Assembly (NCBI GenBank): GCA_016219905.1
Contig: JACRKA010000202.1
Coordinates: 1-55,463 of the forward strand
DNA from: Verrucomicrobiota bacterium
GTDB taxonomy: Bacteria > Verrucomicrobiota > Verrucomicrobiia > CAIQCK01
DNA: 55,463 bases
Direction of reading: 5' to 3'
Shown: one piece after another, positions 27,140-34,721 of the stretch
Position numbering within the stretch: the first letter of the stretch is position 1
How the letters are laid out: each line of letters starts with the position of its first letter
Translations under genes and position numbers: made by a program
The notes under the pieces: model-generated
Seen by the model: the letters and a program-made list of their open reading frames with translations, nothing else
Database searches by the model: none
What the model was told of the DNA's origin: nothing

Positions 27140-28126
27140 CTACACCACGCTGCGCAACAGCGCGATCTCCTTCTTCAGCACGCCGGGCTGTTCCTCCTTC
27201 GGATACTTGCGGACGCACTCGTTTTCGAGGCAAAGGTCGCCCGCGTAGCCGGCCTTGCGCAGGATGCCGGCGACGCGCTTGTAGTCAATGTCGCCTTCGT
27301 AGATCGGCGCGGAGTATTTGCCATATTCCCAGCCCATCGGCCGGCGCACGTTCCGCTGGTCCTCGGGATAGCGCACGCTCTTGCAGTGCGTGTGGAAGGT
27401 GCGCGGGGCGAACTTCTCGTAGATGCCGTAGAGCGATTCCAGCGGATGGCCAAACCAGTAGAAGTTCAGGAAGTCCAGCGTCAGCCCCATCTTTGGCGAG
27501 CCGACGCCGTCGAAGAGTTTGTCGAGGAACTCGGGGTCGTTGGTGGTCTTGCCGTGGTTCTCGATGCCGAAGCGGACCGGCGTGCCCTCGGCGGCCTCGC
27601 AGAGTTGTTTGCAGGCCTTGATGGCGAACGCGAGGAATTCCTCCGGCTTGGTCTTGCGCGGCACGACGTCAATGCGGATGACGCCGACGCCTAGCTCCAC
27701 GCAGGCCTTCACCAGCTTGCGCGTCCACTCGATCTCCTGCTCCAGCCGCTCGTCGAGCCGGTTGTGCATGCAGAACGCGGTGAGGACGCGGCGGTTTTTG
27801 GCGAAGGCGTCTTTCACTTGTTTGATGCCGTCGTCGGTGGCGAGGCTGTATTTCTTCTCCGGCCACGAGAGGCTGTAGCACTCCATCTGGTCGTTGACGT
27901 CCACCTCCGCGCCGTCCACGCCGAGAAACTTCATCGCAGCCCAGCAGTCGGGTTGGCCGGTTTCCTTCAGGTGGGCGTCGCGGCAGGCCACGAGCCACTT
28001 GCGGCGCTTCGCGGCGGCGAGGCTGACGGCCGGCGCGCCGGTGAGCGCCGCGCCGAGGGCGAGGGTGGTGGAGGTCCGGATGAAATGACGGCGGGAGATG
28101 CGAGCGGTGTTGTTCATGGGGGTCAT
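27140..28126 (-). CDS. Sugar phosphate isomerase/epimerase (xylose-isomerase-like TIM barrel) with Tat signal
   Basis: 328-aa track ORF with the twin-arginine motif 'SRRHFIRTSTTLALGAALTG'. 'FGIENHG' and 'AGYAGDLCLE' are typical of AP-endonuclease-2/XylA-like TIM barrels. Its ATG overlaps the lpxA stop (ATGA). Confidence 0.8.
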   Translation of the reverse strand: MTPMNNTARISRRHFIRTSTTLALGAALTGAPAVSLAAAKRRKWLVACRDAHLKETGQPDCWAAMKFLGVDGAEVDVNDQMECYSLSWPEKKYSLATDDGIKQVKDAFAKNRRVLTAFCMHNRLDERLEQEIEWTRKLVKACVELGVGVIRIDVVPRKTKPEEFLAFAIKACKQLCEAAEGTPVRFGIENHGKTTNDPEFLDKLFDGVGSPKMGLTLDFLNFYWFGHPLESLYGIYEKFAPRTFHTHCKSVRYPEDQRNVRRPMGWEYGKYSAPIYEGDIDYKRVAGILRKAGYAGDLCLENECVRKYPKEEQPGVLKKEIALLRSVV

Positions 28127-28923
28127 TCGGTTTCGGTTTCGTCGCTGCCGCCGTGGTAGGCGCAGATGCCGCGTTTGCTGGCGGCGATGAACTCGATGAA
28201 GTGGGCGATCTCCGGCGTCTGGGGCATGGCGCGGAGTTGGGGCAGGGCCTCGGAGACGTTGAGGCCGCCGAGGTAGAGGGTGCGGAAGGCCTGCTTGAGC
28301 AGGGCGCGGTTTTTCGGGGAGACGCCGGCGCGGCGCAGGCCGATGGCGTTGAGGCCGCTGACGTCGTTGGTGAAGTTGGTGATGCAGTAGGGCGGCACGT
28401 CCTTGGAGACGCGGGAGCCGCCGCGCATCATGGCGAGCGTGCCGATGCGGGTGAACTGGTGGACGAGGCAGTTGCCGCTGATGTTGGCGCGGTCTTCGAC
28501 GGTGACGTGGCCGGCCAGCAGCGCGCCGGTGGCGACGATGACGCCGTTGCCGATGGTGCAGTTGTGGCCGGCGTGGCTGTGGGCGATGAAGAAGCAGTGG
28601 TTGCCGATGCGGGTGGTGCGGTCGTCCTTGGCGGCGCCGCGGTGGATGGTGGTGTATTCGCGGAAGACGTTGCCGGCGCCGATTTTCAGGAACGTCTCGC
28701 TGCCGTCGTAGCCGATGTCCTGCGGTTCGTGGCCGATGACGCAGCCGAAGTGGATGGCGTTGTCGGGGCCGATGTCGGTCCAGCCGGTGAGCCAGGCGTG
28801 GGGGCCGACGCGGGTGCGCGGGCCGATGCGGACGTGGTCTTCGATGATGGCGTAGGGGCCGACCTCGACGGTGGGGTCGAGTTCGGCCTTGGGCGAGATG
28901 ATGGCGGTGGGATGGATGGACAT
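28123..28923 (-). CDS. lpxA: Acyl-ACP--UDP-N-acetylglucosamine O-acyltransferase
   Basis: 266-aa track ORF. 'MSIHPTAIISPKAELDPTVEVGPYAII' is followed by left-handed beta-helix hexapeptide repeats. Also present are 'IGHEPQD', 'HSHAGHNCTIGN', 'VHQFTRIG' and 'DVPPY'. Confidence 0.9.
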   Translation of the reverse strand: MSIHPTAIISPKAELDPTVEVGPYAIIEDHVRIGPRTRVGPHAWLTGWTDIGPDNAIHFGCVIGHEPQDIGYDGSETFLKIGAGNVFREYTTIHRGAAKDDRTTRIGNHCFFIAHSHAGHNCTIGNGVIVATGALLAGHVTVEDRANISGNCLVHQFTRIGTLAMMRGGSRVSKDVPPYCITNFTNDVSGLNAIGLRRAGVSPKNRALLKQAFRTLYLGGLNVSEALPQLRAMPQTPEIAHFIEFIAASKRGICAYHGGSDETETE

Positions 28924-28926
28924 GGA

Positions 28927-29622
28927 TCAGAGCACTCCCATTTCTTTGAGGCTGACGTAGTCGGTGGTGCGGCTGAGGGTGCGCTTGCCGACGATGATGT
29001 GGTCGAGGACTTCGATCTTCATGATGCGGCCGGCCTCGACGAGTTCGCGGGTGATCTTGAGGTCGTCGGAGGAGGGCGTCGGGTCGCCGCTGGGATGGTT
29101 GTGGGCCAGCACGACGCTGGCGGCCTTGGCCTTGACGGCTTCGTGGAAGACTTCGCGGGGGTGGACGAGGCTGGCGTTGAGGGTGCCGCGGCTGACCTCC
29201 ACGTCGCGGATGAGACGGTTGCGGGAGTCGAGCAGCAGGACGTGGAACTTTTCGATGTCGTAGTGCTGCATCGGCTCGCGGAGCAGGTCGGCGACGTCGG
29301 CGGGCGTGGCGATGGGCTTGCGGTCTTCGCGCGAGTTGGGCAGGCGGGCGGCCAGTTCGAAGGCGGCTTTGAGCTGGACTGCCTTGGCGAGACCGATGCC
29401 TTTGATCTCGCTGAGTTCCTCGACGGAGGCTGCCGAAAGCCTCTCGATGGTCTGAAAGCGTTTGAGCAGTTCGTTGGCGGTTTCGAGAGCGGACTGGCCG
29501 CTGGTTCCGGTGCGCAGGAGGATGGCGATGAGTTCGGCGGTGCTGAGGCGGTCGGCGCCTAGCGCGTGGAGTTTCTCGCGCGGGCGCTCGTGTGTCGGCA
29601 GATCAGGGATTCGGACGGCCAC
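28927..29622 (-). CDS. radC: RadC-family protein (JAB/MPN domain, UPF0758)
   Basis: This is the last 231 aa of track ORF 28927..30552, starting at GTG 29622 ((V)AVRIPDLPTHERPREKL...). It has the HhH motif 'IKGIGLAKA' and the JAMM motif 'VLAHNHPSGDPTPSSDD'. The upstream part of the track ORF has junk composition. Confidence 0.85.
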   Translation of the reverse strand: MAVRIPDLPTHERPREKLHALGADRLSTAELIAILLRTGTSGQSALETANELLKRFQTIERLSAASVEELSEIKGIGLAKAVQLKAAFELAARLPNSREDRKPIATPADVADLLREPMQHYDIEKFHVLLLDSRNRLIRDVEVSRGTLNASLVHPREVFHEAVKAKAASVVLAHNHPSGDPTPSSDDLKITRELVEAGRIMKIEVLDHIIVGKRTLSRTTDYVSLKEMGVL

Positions 29623-29731
29623 GGCGGGGCATCTTAGCGGCGGGGGCGTGCGTTGCAAGGCTGGTTTCCAACAGGAGCGGGGTGCGGGATTTTTCTCGTG
29701 CGGCCGGGGGCGGCCGATTAGACTGCAACGC

Positions 29732-29908
29732 ATGAAAGTGCGACTGGTTTCCGAGATCACGGTGCTGTGCATGGCGGTGGTTCTGGTGGGAACATGGCAG
29801 GGGTGGTTGGATGTGCCCGAGAGTGCGTTGATTGCGGCGACGATGTGTTTGGCCACAGCGCTGGCAATGTTGCTGCACAGCGCGTGGAGGAAGACGCCGA
29901 AGGAGTGA
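29732..29908 (+). CDS. Possible small membrane protein (58 aa)
   Basis: This is the tail of track ORF 29462..29908, from ATG 29732: MKVRLVSEITVLCMAVVLVGTWQGWLDVPESALIAATMCLATALAMLLHSAWRKTPKE, with two hydrophobic helices. I saw no clear RBS and no homology evidence. Confidence 0.3.
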   Translation: MKVRLVSEITVLCMAVVLVGTWQGWLDVPESALIAATMCLATALAMLLHSAWRKTPKE

Positions 29909-30003
29909 CGGGGGCGGGTGCCCGGTGGCGCGTGGGCGGACCGTTGTGTAACCTTTGGCCCGCAGGGCGGTAAGAGGGGGTTGAAACCATTTGGAGAAAA
30001 ACC

Positions 30004-30513
30004 ATGCGCATCACCCGTCCCGTTGTCATCCTGCTGGCCGTGGGGGCCACGCTCGGTTTGTTTGCCATCAGCAAGAAACAGCCCGGCGCACCAGGTGCGA
30101 AGGCGGCGAAGGCCAAGCCCGCCGCCGTGGCCGGCGAAGGGCGCGACGCGCGCGCCGTGCTGGACAAGTTCGCGGCGTTGATCAACCAGCGCGACGCGGC
30201 GGGGCTGGAGGCGATGATCCACCGGCCGTTTTACGCTGACGGCAAGAAGTTCGAGGACGACCAGGAGCGCCGTGAGTTGATCGAGAAACTCACGCGCGAT
30301 GTCAACCTCCCGGTGACCATCGCCGAAGCCAAGGCCGTCACCTTGGCCGAGTCGGGCCTGCCGCCGGAGGCGGACCAGGTGTTGACGGCTGACGACTCCA
30401 TCTTCCTGACCGAGCTGCACGCAGGCGACCGCTCTGAAAGCCACACCGTTGTAGTGCGCAAGACCGAAGCAGGCTTTCGGATGCTGGCAATCGTCAAGAA
30501 TACCGCGCCCTGA
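30004..30513 (+). CDS. Hypothetical membrane-anchored protein
   Basis: 169-aa track ORF with GGAGAAAAACC upstream of the ATG and an N-terminal anchor 'MRITRPVVILLAVGATLGLFAI'. Composition is ordinary and I recognised no family. Confidence 0.6.
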   Translation: MRITRPVVILLAVGATLGLFAISKKQPGAPGAKAAKAKPAAVAGEGRDARAVLDKFAALINQRDAAGLEAMIHRPFYADGKKFEDDQERRELIEKLTRDVNLPVTIAEAKAVTLAESGLPPEADQVLTADDSIFLTELHAGDRSESHTVVVRKTEAGFRMLAIVKNTAP

Positions 30514-30605
30514 ACTGGACAGGCAGCGGTCGTTTTTGTCCAAGAACCACACATATTGCGCCAGCCAGCGTCTCGCGGACGCACGCTTGGGGGGCTTTGG
30601 GCGCT

Positions 30606-30621
30606 TGGCAACACACCTGCA
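30606..30621 (+). promoter_or_regulatory. Candidate sigma-54 (-24/-12) promoter upstream of the first TadE-like gene
   Basis: TGGCAACACACCTGCA matches TGGCAC-N5-TTGCW. The GG (30607-08) to GC (30619-20) spacing is the canonical 12 nt. The site lies 36 nt upstream of ATG 30657. Confidence 0.5.
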
Positions 30622-30656
30622 AGATGATATGAGGAATCCGTAGGTGGAAGAGTCCT

Positions 30657-31109
30657 ATGTTCTCAGTCAATCGAGCCATCCTGAAGATCCAACGCCGCGC
30701 GCCTCGTCGAATGAAAGCGCGCACCGTCATCCCCGCCCCAAGACCTCGCGGCCAGGCGCTGGCCGAGTTGGCCATCTTGCTGCCCGTGCTCATCATCCTC
30801 GTGCTCGGCGCGGCCGACTTCGGGCGGATCTACTACCACTTCGTGACCGTCGAGTCCGCGGCCGCCGCCGGTGTGCAATACGGCTGCGTGGACACCACCA
30901 AGGCTGCCGATACCGATGGCATCCGCCTCGCCGCGATGCGACAGGTCCAGGACATCACCAACCGCTCCGTCGTGGTCGTCAGCTCTCTGGTGACCAACAG
31001 CATCCTCACTGTCAACGTCAAGGCGCGGTTCGTCACCTTTTTCCACTGGCCGTTGATGCCCACCGACACGCTGGTCTCCCGCTCCGCCCAGATGCGGATA
31101 CTGAAGTAA
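30657..31109 (+). CDS. TadE-like pseudopilin family protein (E0)
   Basis: Track ORF with a pseudopilin N-terminus 'RGQALAELAILLPVLIILVLGAADFGR'. By eye it is about 70% identical to the TadE-like gene at 34129. GGTGGAAGAG lies upstream of ATG 30657. The alternative start ATG 30711 (MKARTVIPAPRPRGQALAEL) gives the same leader length as the paralogues. Confidence 0.8.
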   Translation: MFSVNRAILKIQRRAPRRMKARTVIPAPRPRGQALAELAILLPVLIILVLGAADFGRIYYHFVTVESAAAAGVQYGCVDTTKAADTDGIRLAAMRQVQDITNRSVVVVSSLVTNSILTVNVKARFVTFFHWPLMPTDTLVSRSAQMRILK

Positions 31110-31286
31110 GATCCGTTGCGCCCGCCTGCCGTTCAAAGCAGGACCGTCTTGCAACAATTGCTTGCGCTCTGCCAGCGGGCTATCGCGACGGATTGCGGAT
31201 TGGCGGCTTGCAGGTTGCGTGGTATGTTTTGCCAAACCAGCCGGGCCGATGAGGAAGCTGTCCCGGCTGGCCAAAGGATATTCGCG

Positions 31287-31766
31287 ATGAGAAACTGGAT
31301 TGCCGGCAAGCGCGGGGACTGCGTGGTGCGAAAAGGCCAGTCGCTGGTCGAGTTCGCCATCGCTCTGCTGGTGACGCTGCTGTTGGTTTTCGGGGCGGTG
31401 GAGATCGGGCGGGCGGTGTTCGCCTATAACACCGTCGCCAACGCCGCGCGGGAGGGGGTGCGTTACGCCATCGTTCACGGGGCCGACGCCCGCAGCGACG
31501 CACAGCTTGGCCCCACGTTGAACGATTCGCGCATGCAGAATCTCGTGCGCCGCTGGTGCATGGGGTTGCAGACGAACCTGGTCACCACGACCTGCGTGTG
31601 GACCAACGCGACCGGCGCGGTGCAGAACGCGCCGGGAGCCGCGGTGACGCTGCGGGTGAACTACACGTTTGTCCCGCTGGCCTTCGGGAGGAATTCGCAG
31701 TTTCCTAGCAACTACTTCTTCACCCTCCAGCTTCGCAGCACTTCCTCCGGCATCATCCTCAACTGA
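31287..31766 (+). CDS. TadE-like pseudopilin family protein (divergent type, Eb)
   Basis: This is the last 159 aa of track ORF 31116..31766, from ATG 31287 (MRNWIAGKRGDCVVRKGQSLVEFAIALLVTLLLVFGAVEIGRAVF...). It has the classical G|xxxxEF prepilin-like motif followed by a hydrophobic helix. Confidence 0.75.
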   Translation: MRNWIAGKRGDCVVRKGQSLVEFAIALLVTLLLVFGAVEIGRAVFAYNTVANAAREGVRYAIVHGADARSDAQLGPTLNDSRMQNLVRRWCMGLQTNLVTTTCVWTNATGAVQNAPGAAVTLRVNYTFVPLAFGRNSQFPSNYFFTLQLRSTSSGIILN

Positions 31767-32553
31767 CACGCCGCCGACGGCGAGTCATTGCCAGCACAGC
31801 CGCCCCGCCGGCCAACGCCAGGCCGGCTGACCCCGGTTCGGGAATCAACTGGATCATGAGCTTGTCCAGCCCGAACTCGTAGTTGACACCCGGATCGCCG
31901 GGGCCGGGCGCGATATAAGCGAACCCTGCGCCCGGCGCGACGCCGGTCGGCATGCCCGCCAGAAGCGTGTTGGTCGTGCTGCCTTGGACCGTGACGACGT
32001 TGAAAATCATCGCGTCCAGGTTGATCAGAAACTCGATGTTGGTGAACGCGCCCGCCTGGTATTCGCCGATTTCCGCGGACACGCCGAGCGCGTTCTCCAC
32101 GCGAAACTTCCCGTTGGCGCGGAAGTCCAGCGTGAGCTGGCTGCTGTCGGAGAAAGACAGGGGCATCCAGTTGGTGGTTGTCACAAGCCCGGCAGCGGCC
32201 AATTCCATCGCCACGCGCAAAAAGCCGTTGGTGGGCTGGTTGACGGCGTTGATTTGCGCGAGCAAATAGGCCGACGCGCTGTTCGTGGCGTTGAAGTAAG
32301 CGAACTTCGACGGGTTCCCCCACAGATTGTTGGTGATGGAAATGAACGAGGGCGAAGAGATCGCCGAGGCGGTGAAGTTCGTGGCGACCGGCAGGGGCAG
32401 CGGGCCGAGACTTGGTTCCAGGCCGATGGTTTCGTGTTCGAAGTCCACATTGAAGTAAATCGGCAGGAGGGCCTGCGCCGTCCACGGCGCCAACCCCAGA
32501 AGGAGGCTCGTGGCGAGTCCCGCACAGAACCTGCTCAATGACGTTGTCTTCAT
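31759..32553 (-). CDS. PEP-CTERM sorting-domain secreted protein
   Basis: Track ORF 31759..32565. I prefer ATG 32553 (MKTTSLSRFCAGLATSLLLGLAPWTAQA); GTG 32565 is the alternative. The C-terminus 'IPEPGSAGLALAGGAAVLAMTRRRRRVS' has PEP, a TM helix and an Arg cluster, which is the PEP-CTERM exosortase signal. Confidence 0.8.
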   Translation of the reverse strand: MKTTSLSRFCAGLATSLLLGLAPWTAQALLPIYFNVDFEHETIGLEPSLGPLPLPVATNFTASAISSPSFISITNNLWGNPSKFAYFNATNSASAYLLAQINAVNQPTNGFLRVAMELAAAGLVTTTNWMPLSFSDSSQLTLDFRANGKFRVENALGVSAEIGEYQAGAFTNIEFLINLDAMIFNVVTVQGSTTNTLLAGMPTGVAPGAGFAYIAPGPGDPGVNYEFGLDKLMIQLIPEPGSAGLALAGGAAVLAMTRRRRRVS

Positions 32554-32620
32554 CTCGATTTTCACGTTTGACCTGCGCGCTCGCGCATCTCCCGCCTATC
32601 ATATCCGTGCGACGCCCGCA

Positions 32621-32656
32621 AGCTTCGTCTGCAGCTTCGTCTGCAGCTTCGTCTGC
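32621..32656. repeat. Perfect 12-bp x 3 tandem direct repeat (AGCTTCGTCTGC) in a divergent intergenic region
   Basis: Read directly from the sequence as agcttcgtctgc agcttcgtctgc agcttcgtctgc. It lies between the PEP-CTERM gene start (32553/32565, minus strand) and the TadG-like start (32789, plus strand). Confidence 0.85.
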
Positions 32657-32788
32657 CGCGCCGCGGGATGGGGGCGCGCGTGGCCCGACCAGCCCACGCG
32701 CGGTGGCGGGGTGAGGGTTGTTGTGCCATATTCGGCCAGCATAAAGGAACAACCGAGACGCCGATGGCATAGGGAAGGGGGAAGCAGG

Positions 32789-34132
32789 ATGAAGCGACAT
32801 CCGCAAGAACGTTCGTTCGGGCAGGCGGCCCACCCGCAATCAGGGCAGATTCTGCCCGTGATCGCGTGCGTGCTGATCGCGATGGTCGCCATCCTGGGGC
32901 TGGTCATAGACGCCGGCATGATCCAGGCGAACCGCCGGCACGCCCAGCGGGCCGCGGACGCCGCCGCGCAAGCCGGCGCGCGCTGGCTGCTCAGCGGCAC
33001 CAACGCCGCCAACCGGCTGGCCGCCATCAGCGCCGCCCAACTCTACGCGGCACAGAACCTGATCCTCGCCAACAACGTCAGCGTCGAGATCCCGCCGACC
33101 AGCAGCCACTACTTCAACGGCAGCAACGGCTACGTCCGCGTGCTCGTCACCCGGCCCGTGAACACAACCTTCATGCGGCTGTTCCTGCGGCTGCCCACCG
33201 CCAACGTCGCCGCCTACGCCACGGCCGCCGCGGTCCCGGTGCCCATCCCGGTCACAATCCTGGCGCTGGATCCAACGGGCCGGGCGTCTTTGAAAATCAG
33301 CGGCGGCGGCACCCTGCGCGTGGTTGGGGGCGCGGTCCAGGTGGACTCCGGCAATGCCCAAGCCCTGTCGTTGGATGGCGGCGCGGAGCTTCAAGCCGAT
33401 GAAATCAACGTGGTCGGCGGCGCGAATAACCCCGATCAAGTCCAGGGGCCGCTCAACACCGGCGCTCCTTATTATCCGGATCCATTCATCGCGAAGGATC
33501 CGCCCGTGTTCATTGACCACAACACGGTTCGTTATGGCGACGGCGCCACCACCTCGAACGGCCAGCATGGCTCGTGGAACAACCCGAACACCTATAACAT
33601 CAATGGCGGCAACCACACTCTCGACCCCGGCATCTATTACGGCGGCATCAAGATCACCGGCGGCAACGTCACGATGCGCCCCGGCCGCTACGTCATGGCC
33701 GGCGGCGGATTCAGCGTGTCGGGCAACGGCACCTCGGTGTCAGGGACCGACCTTTTCATCTACAACACGAACGATCCCTTCGACCCCAAGGGCCAGGGGG
33801 CCTTTGGCGACATCAGCCTCACCGGCGCCGCCAACCTCCAGGCGCCCAACACCGGCGCCGACGCCTACTACAAGGGCTTGCTGTTCTTCAACGACCGCGA
33901 CCCGCTCAACACCACCACCGTCAAACTGGCCGGCCAGACGGTCTCCGGCAACGACTCTCCCTTGGTGGGCTTCGTCTATAGCGTCAACGGCCAGGTGCAG
34001 ATCACGGGCGGGGCCGGCAGCGCCGGCTTGGGCGTCGTCGCGTGGAACATCTCGATTTCCGGCGGCGGGACCTTGGGCGTCACCGACCCGACCCGGATTC
34101 CAGACGACAGAGCCGTGAGGTTGGTCGAATGA
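32789..34132 (+). CDS. TadG-like pseudopilin/pilus-associated protein, paralogue 1 (447 aa)
   Basis: Track ORF 32510..34132. I prefer ATG 32789 (MKRHPQERSF...), which is preceded by GGGAAGGGGGAAG. The N-terminus 'SGQILPVIACVLIAMVAILGLVIDAGMIQANRRHAQRAADAAAQAGA' is TadE/G-like. The beta-helix-like 'PGIYYGGIKITGGNVTMRPGRYVMAGGGFSVSG' is typical of TadG proteins. Confidence 0.8.
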   Translation: MKRHPQERSFGQAAHPQSGQILPVIACVLIAMVAILGLVIDAGMIQANRRHAQRAADAAAQAGARWLLSGTNAANRLAAISAAQLYAAQNLILANNVSVEIPPTSSHYFNGSNGYVRVLVTRPVNTTFMRLFLRLPTANVAAYATAAAVPVPIPVTILALDPTGRASLKISGGGTLRVVGGAVQVDSGNAQALSLDGGAELQADEINVVGGANNPDQVQGPLNTGAPYYPDPFIAKDPPVFIDHNTVRYGDGATTSNGQHGSWNNPNTYNINGGNHTLDPGIYYGGIKITGGNVTMRPGRYVMAGGGFSVSGNGTSVSGTDLFIYNTNDPFDPKGQGAFGDISLTGAANLQAPNTGADAYYKGLLFFNDRDPLNTTTVKLAGQTVSGNDSPLVGFVYSVNGQVQITGGAGSAGLGVVAWNISISGGGTLGVTDPTRIPDDRAVRLVE

Positions 34133-34521
34133 AAACCCAAAGCCTATTCCGACACCGTTCCGGCGGCCAGGCGCTCGCCGAGTTGGCGATCCTGCTGCCG
34201 CTCTTGATCATCATCGTGCTCGGCGCGGCCGACTACGGCCGGGTCTATTACCACTTCGTGACCATCGAGTCCGCCGCGGCGGCCGGCGCGCAATACGGCT
34301 GCGTCAGCACGACCAAGGCCGCCGACGCCAACGGCATCCGCCTCGCCGCCATGCGCCAGCTTCAAGACATCACCAACGCCAACCCCGTCGTGACCTCCTC
34401 CGTGAACAACAGCGTCCTCACCGTCAAAGTCACCGCCACCTTCTCGACGGTCCTCCACTGGCCCGGCATGCCCAACGGCGCCGTCATCACCCGCGGCACC
34501 CAGATGCGCATCCTGAAGTAA
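34129..34521 (+). CDS. TadE-like pseudopilin family protein (E1)
   Basis: Tail of track ORF 34042..34521. ATG 34129 overlaps the TadG-1 stop (ATGA). The N-terminus is MKTQSLFRHRSGGQALAELAILLPLLIIIVLGAADYGR.... Confidence 0.85.
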   Translation: MKTQSLFRHRSGGQALAELAILLPLLIIIVLGAADYGRVYYHFVTIESAAAAGAQYGCVSTTKAADANGIRLAAMRQLQDITNANPVVTSSVNNSVLTVKVTATFSTVLHWPGMPNGAVITRGTQMRILK

Positions 34522-34635
34522 CCCGCCCGCGCCGCGGCCAGAGAGCCGATCCGCGTTCCGCCGTCCCAGTCCGGCTTTGCGGACATGGCTGTCCTCAAGC
34601 CGCACTCTCCACGTTGCAACCTCATGGCCGCGAGC

Positions 34636-34651
34636 TGGCAACCGCCCTGCT
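34636..34651 (+). promoter_or_regulatory. Candidate sigma-54 (-24/-12) promoter upstream of TadG-like paralogue 2
   Basis: TGGCAACCGCCCTGCT has GG at 34637-38 and GC at 34649-50 (12-nt spacing). It lies about 72 nt upstream of GTG 34722. The leader is homologous to the one upstream of paralogue 3: both have CGAACAG exactly 45 nt before the start codon. Confidence 0.5.
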
Positions 34652-34721
34652 CTCCTTCGCAGAGAGGTTCATAATCCGAACAGACGGCGTGTCTGTCATC
34701 GTCGCCAACCGAGAGGTGAAT

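Noticed and set aside
28153-30552. Track ORF 28153..29562(+) (469 aa) and the upstream 310 codons of 28927..30552(-)
   Set aside because: The + ORF is a Gly/Ala/Asp/Val shadow of lpxA and radC. The upstream part of the radC ORF has junk composition and would overlap the divergent genes at 29732 and 30004.
34522-34721. Small ORFs in the inter-cassette spacers as candidate Flp pilin genes (for example the 29-codon MAVLKPHSPRCNL... ORF)
   Set aside because: They have no G/xxxxEY prepilin motif and no hydrophobic helix. They also overlap the predicted sigma-54 promoter and leader.
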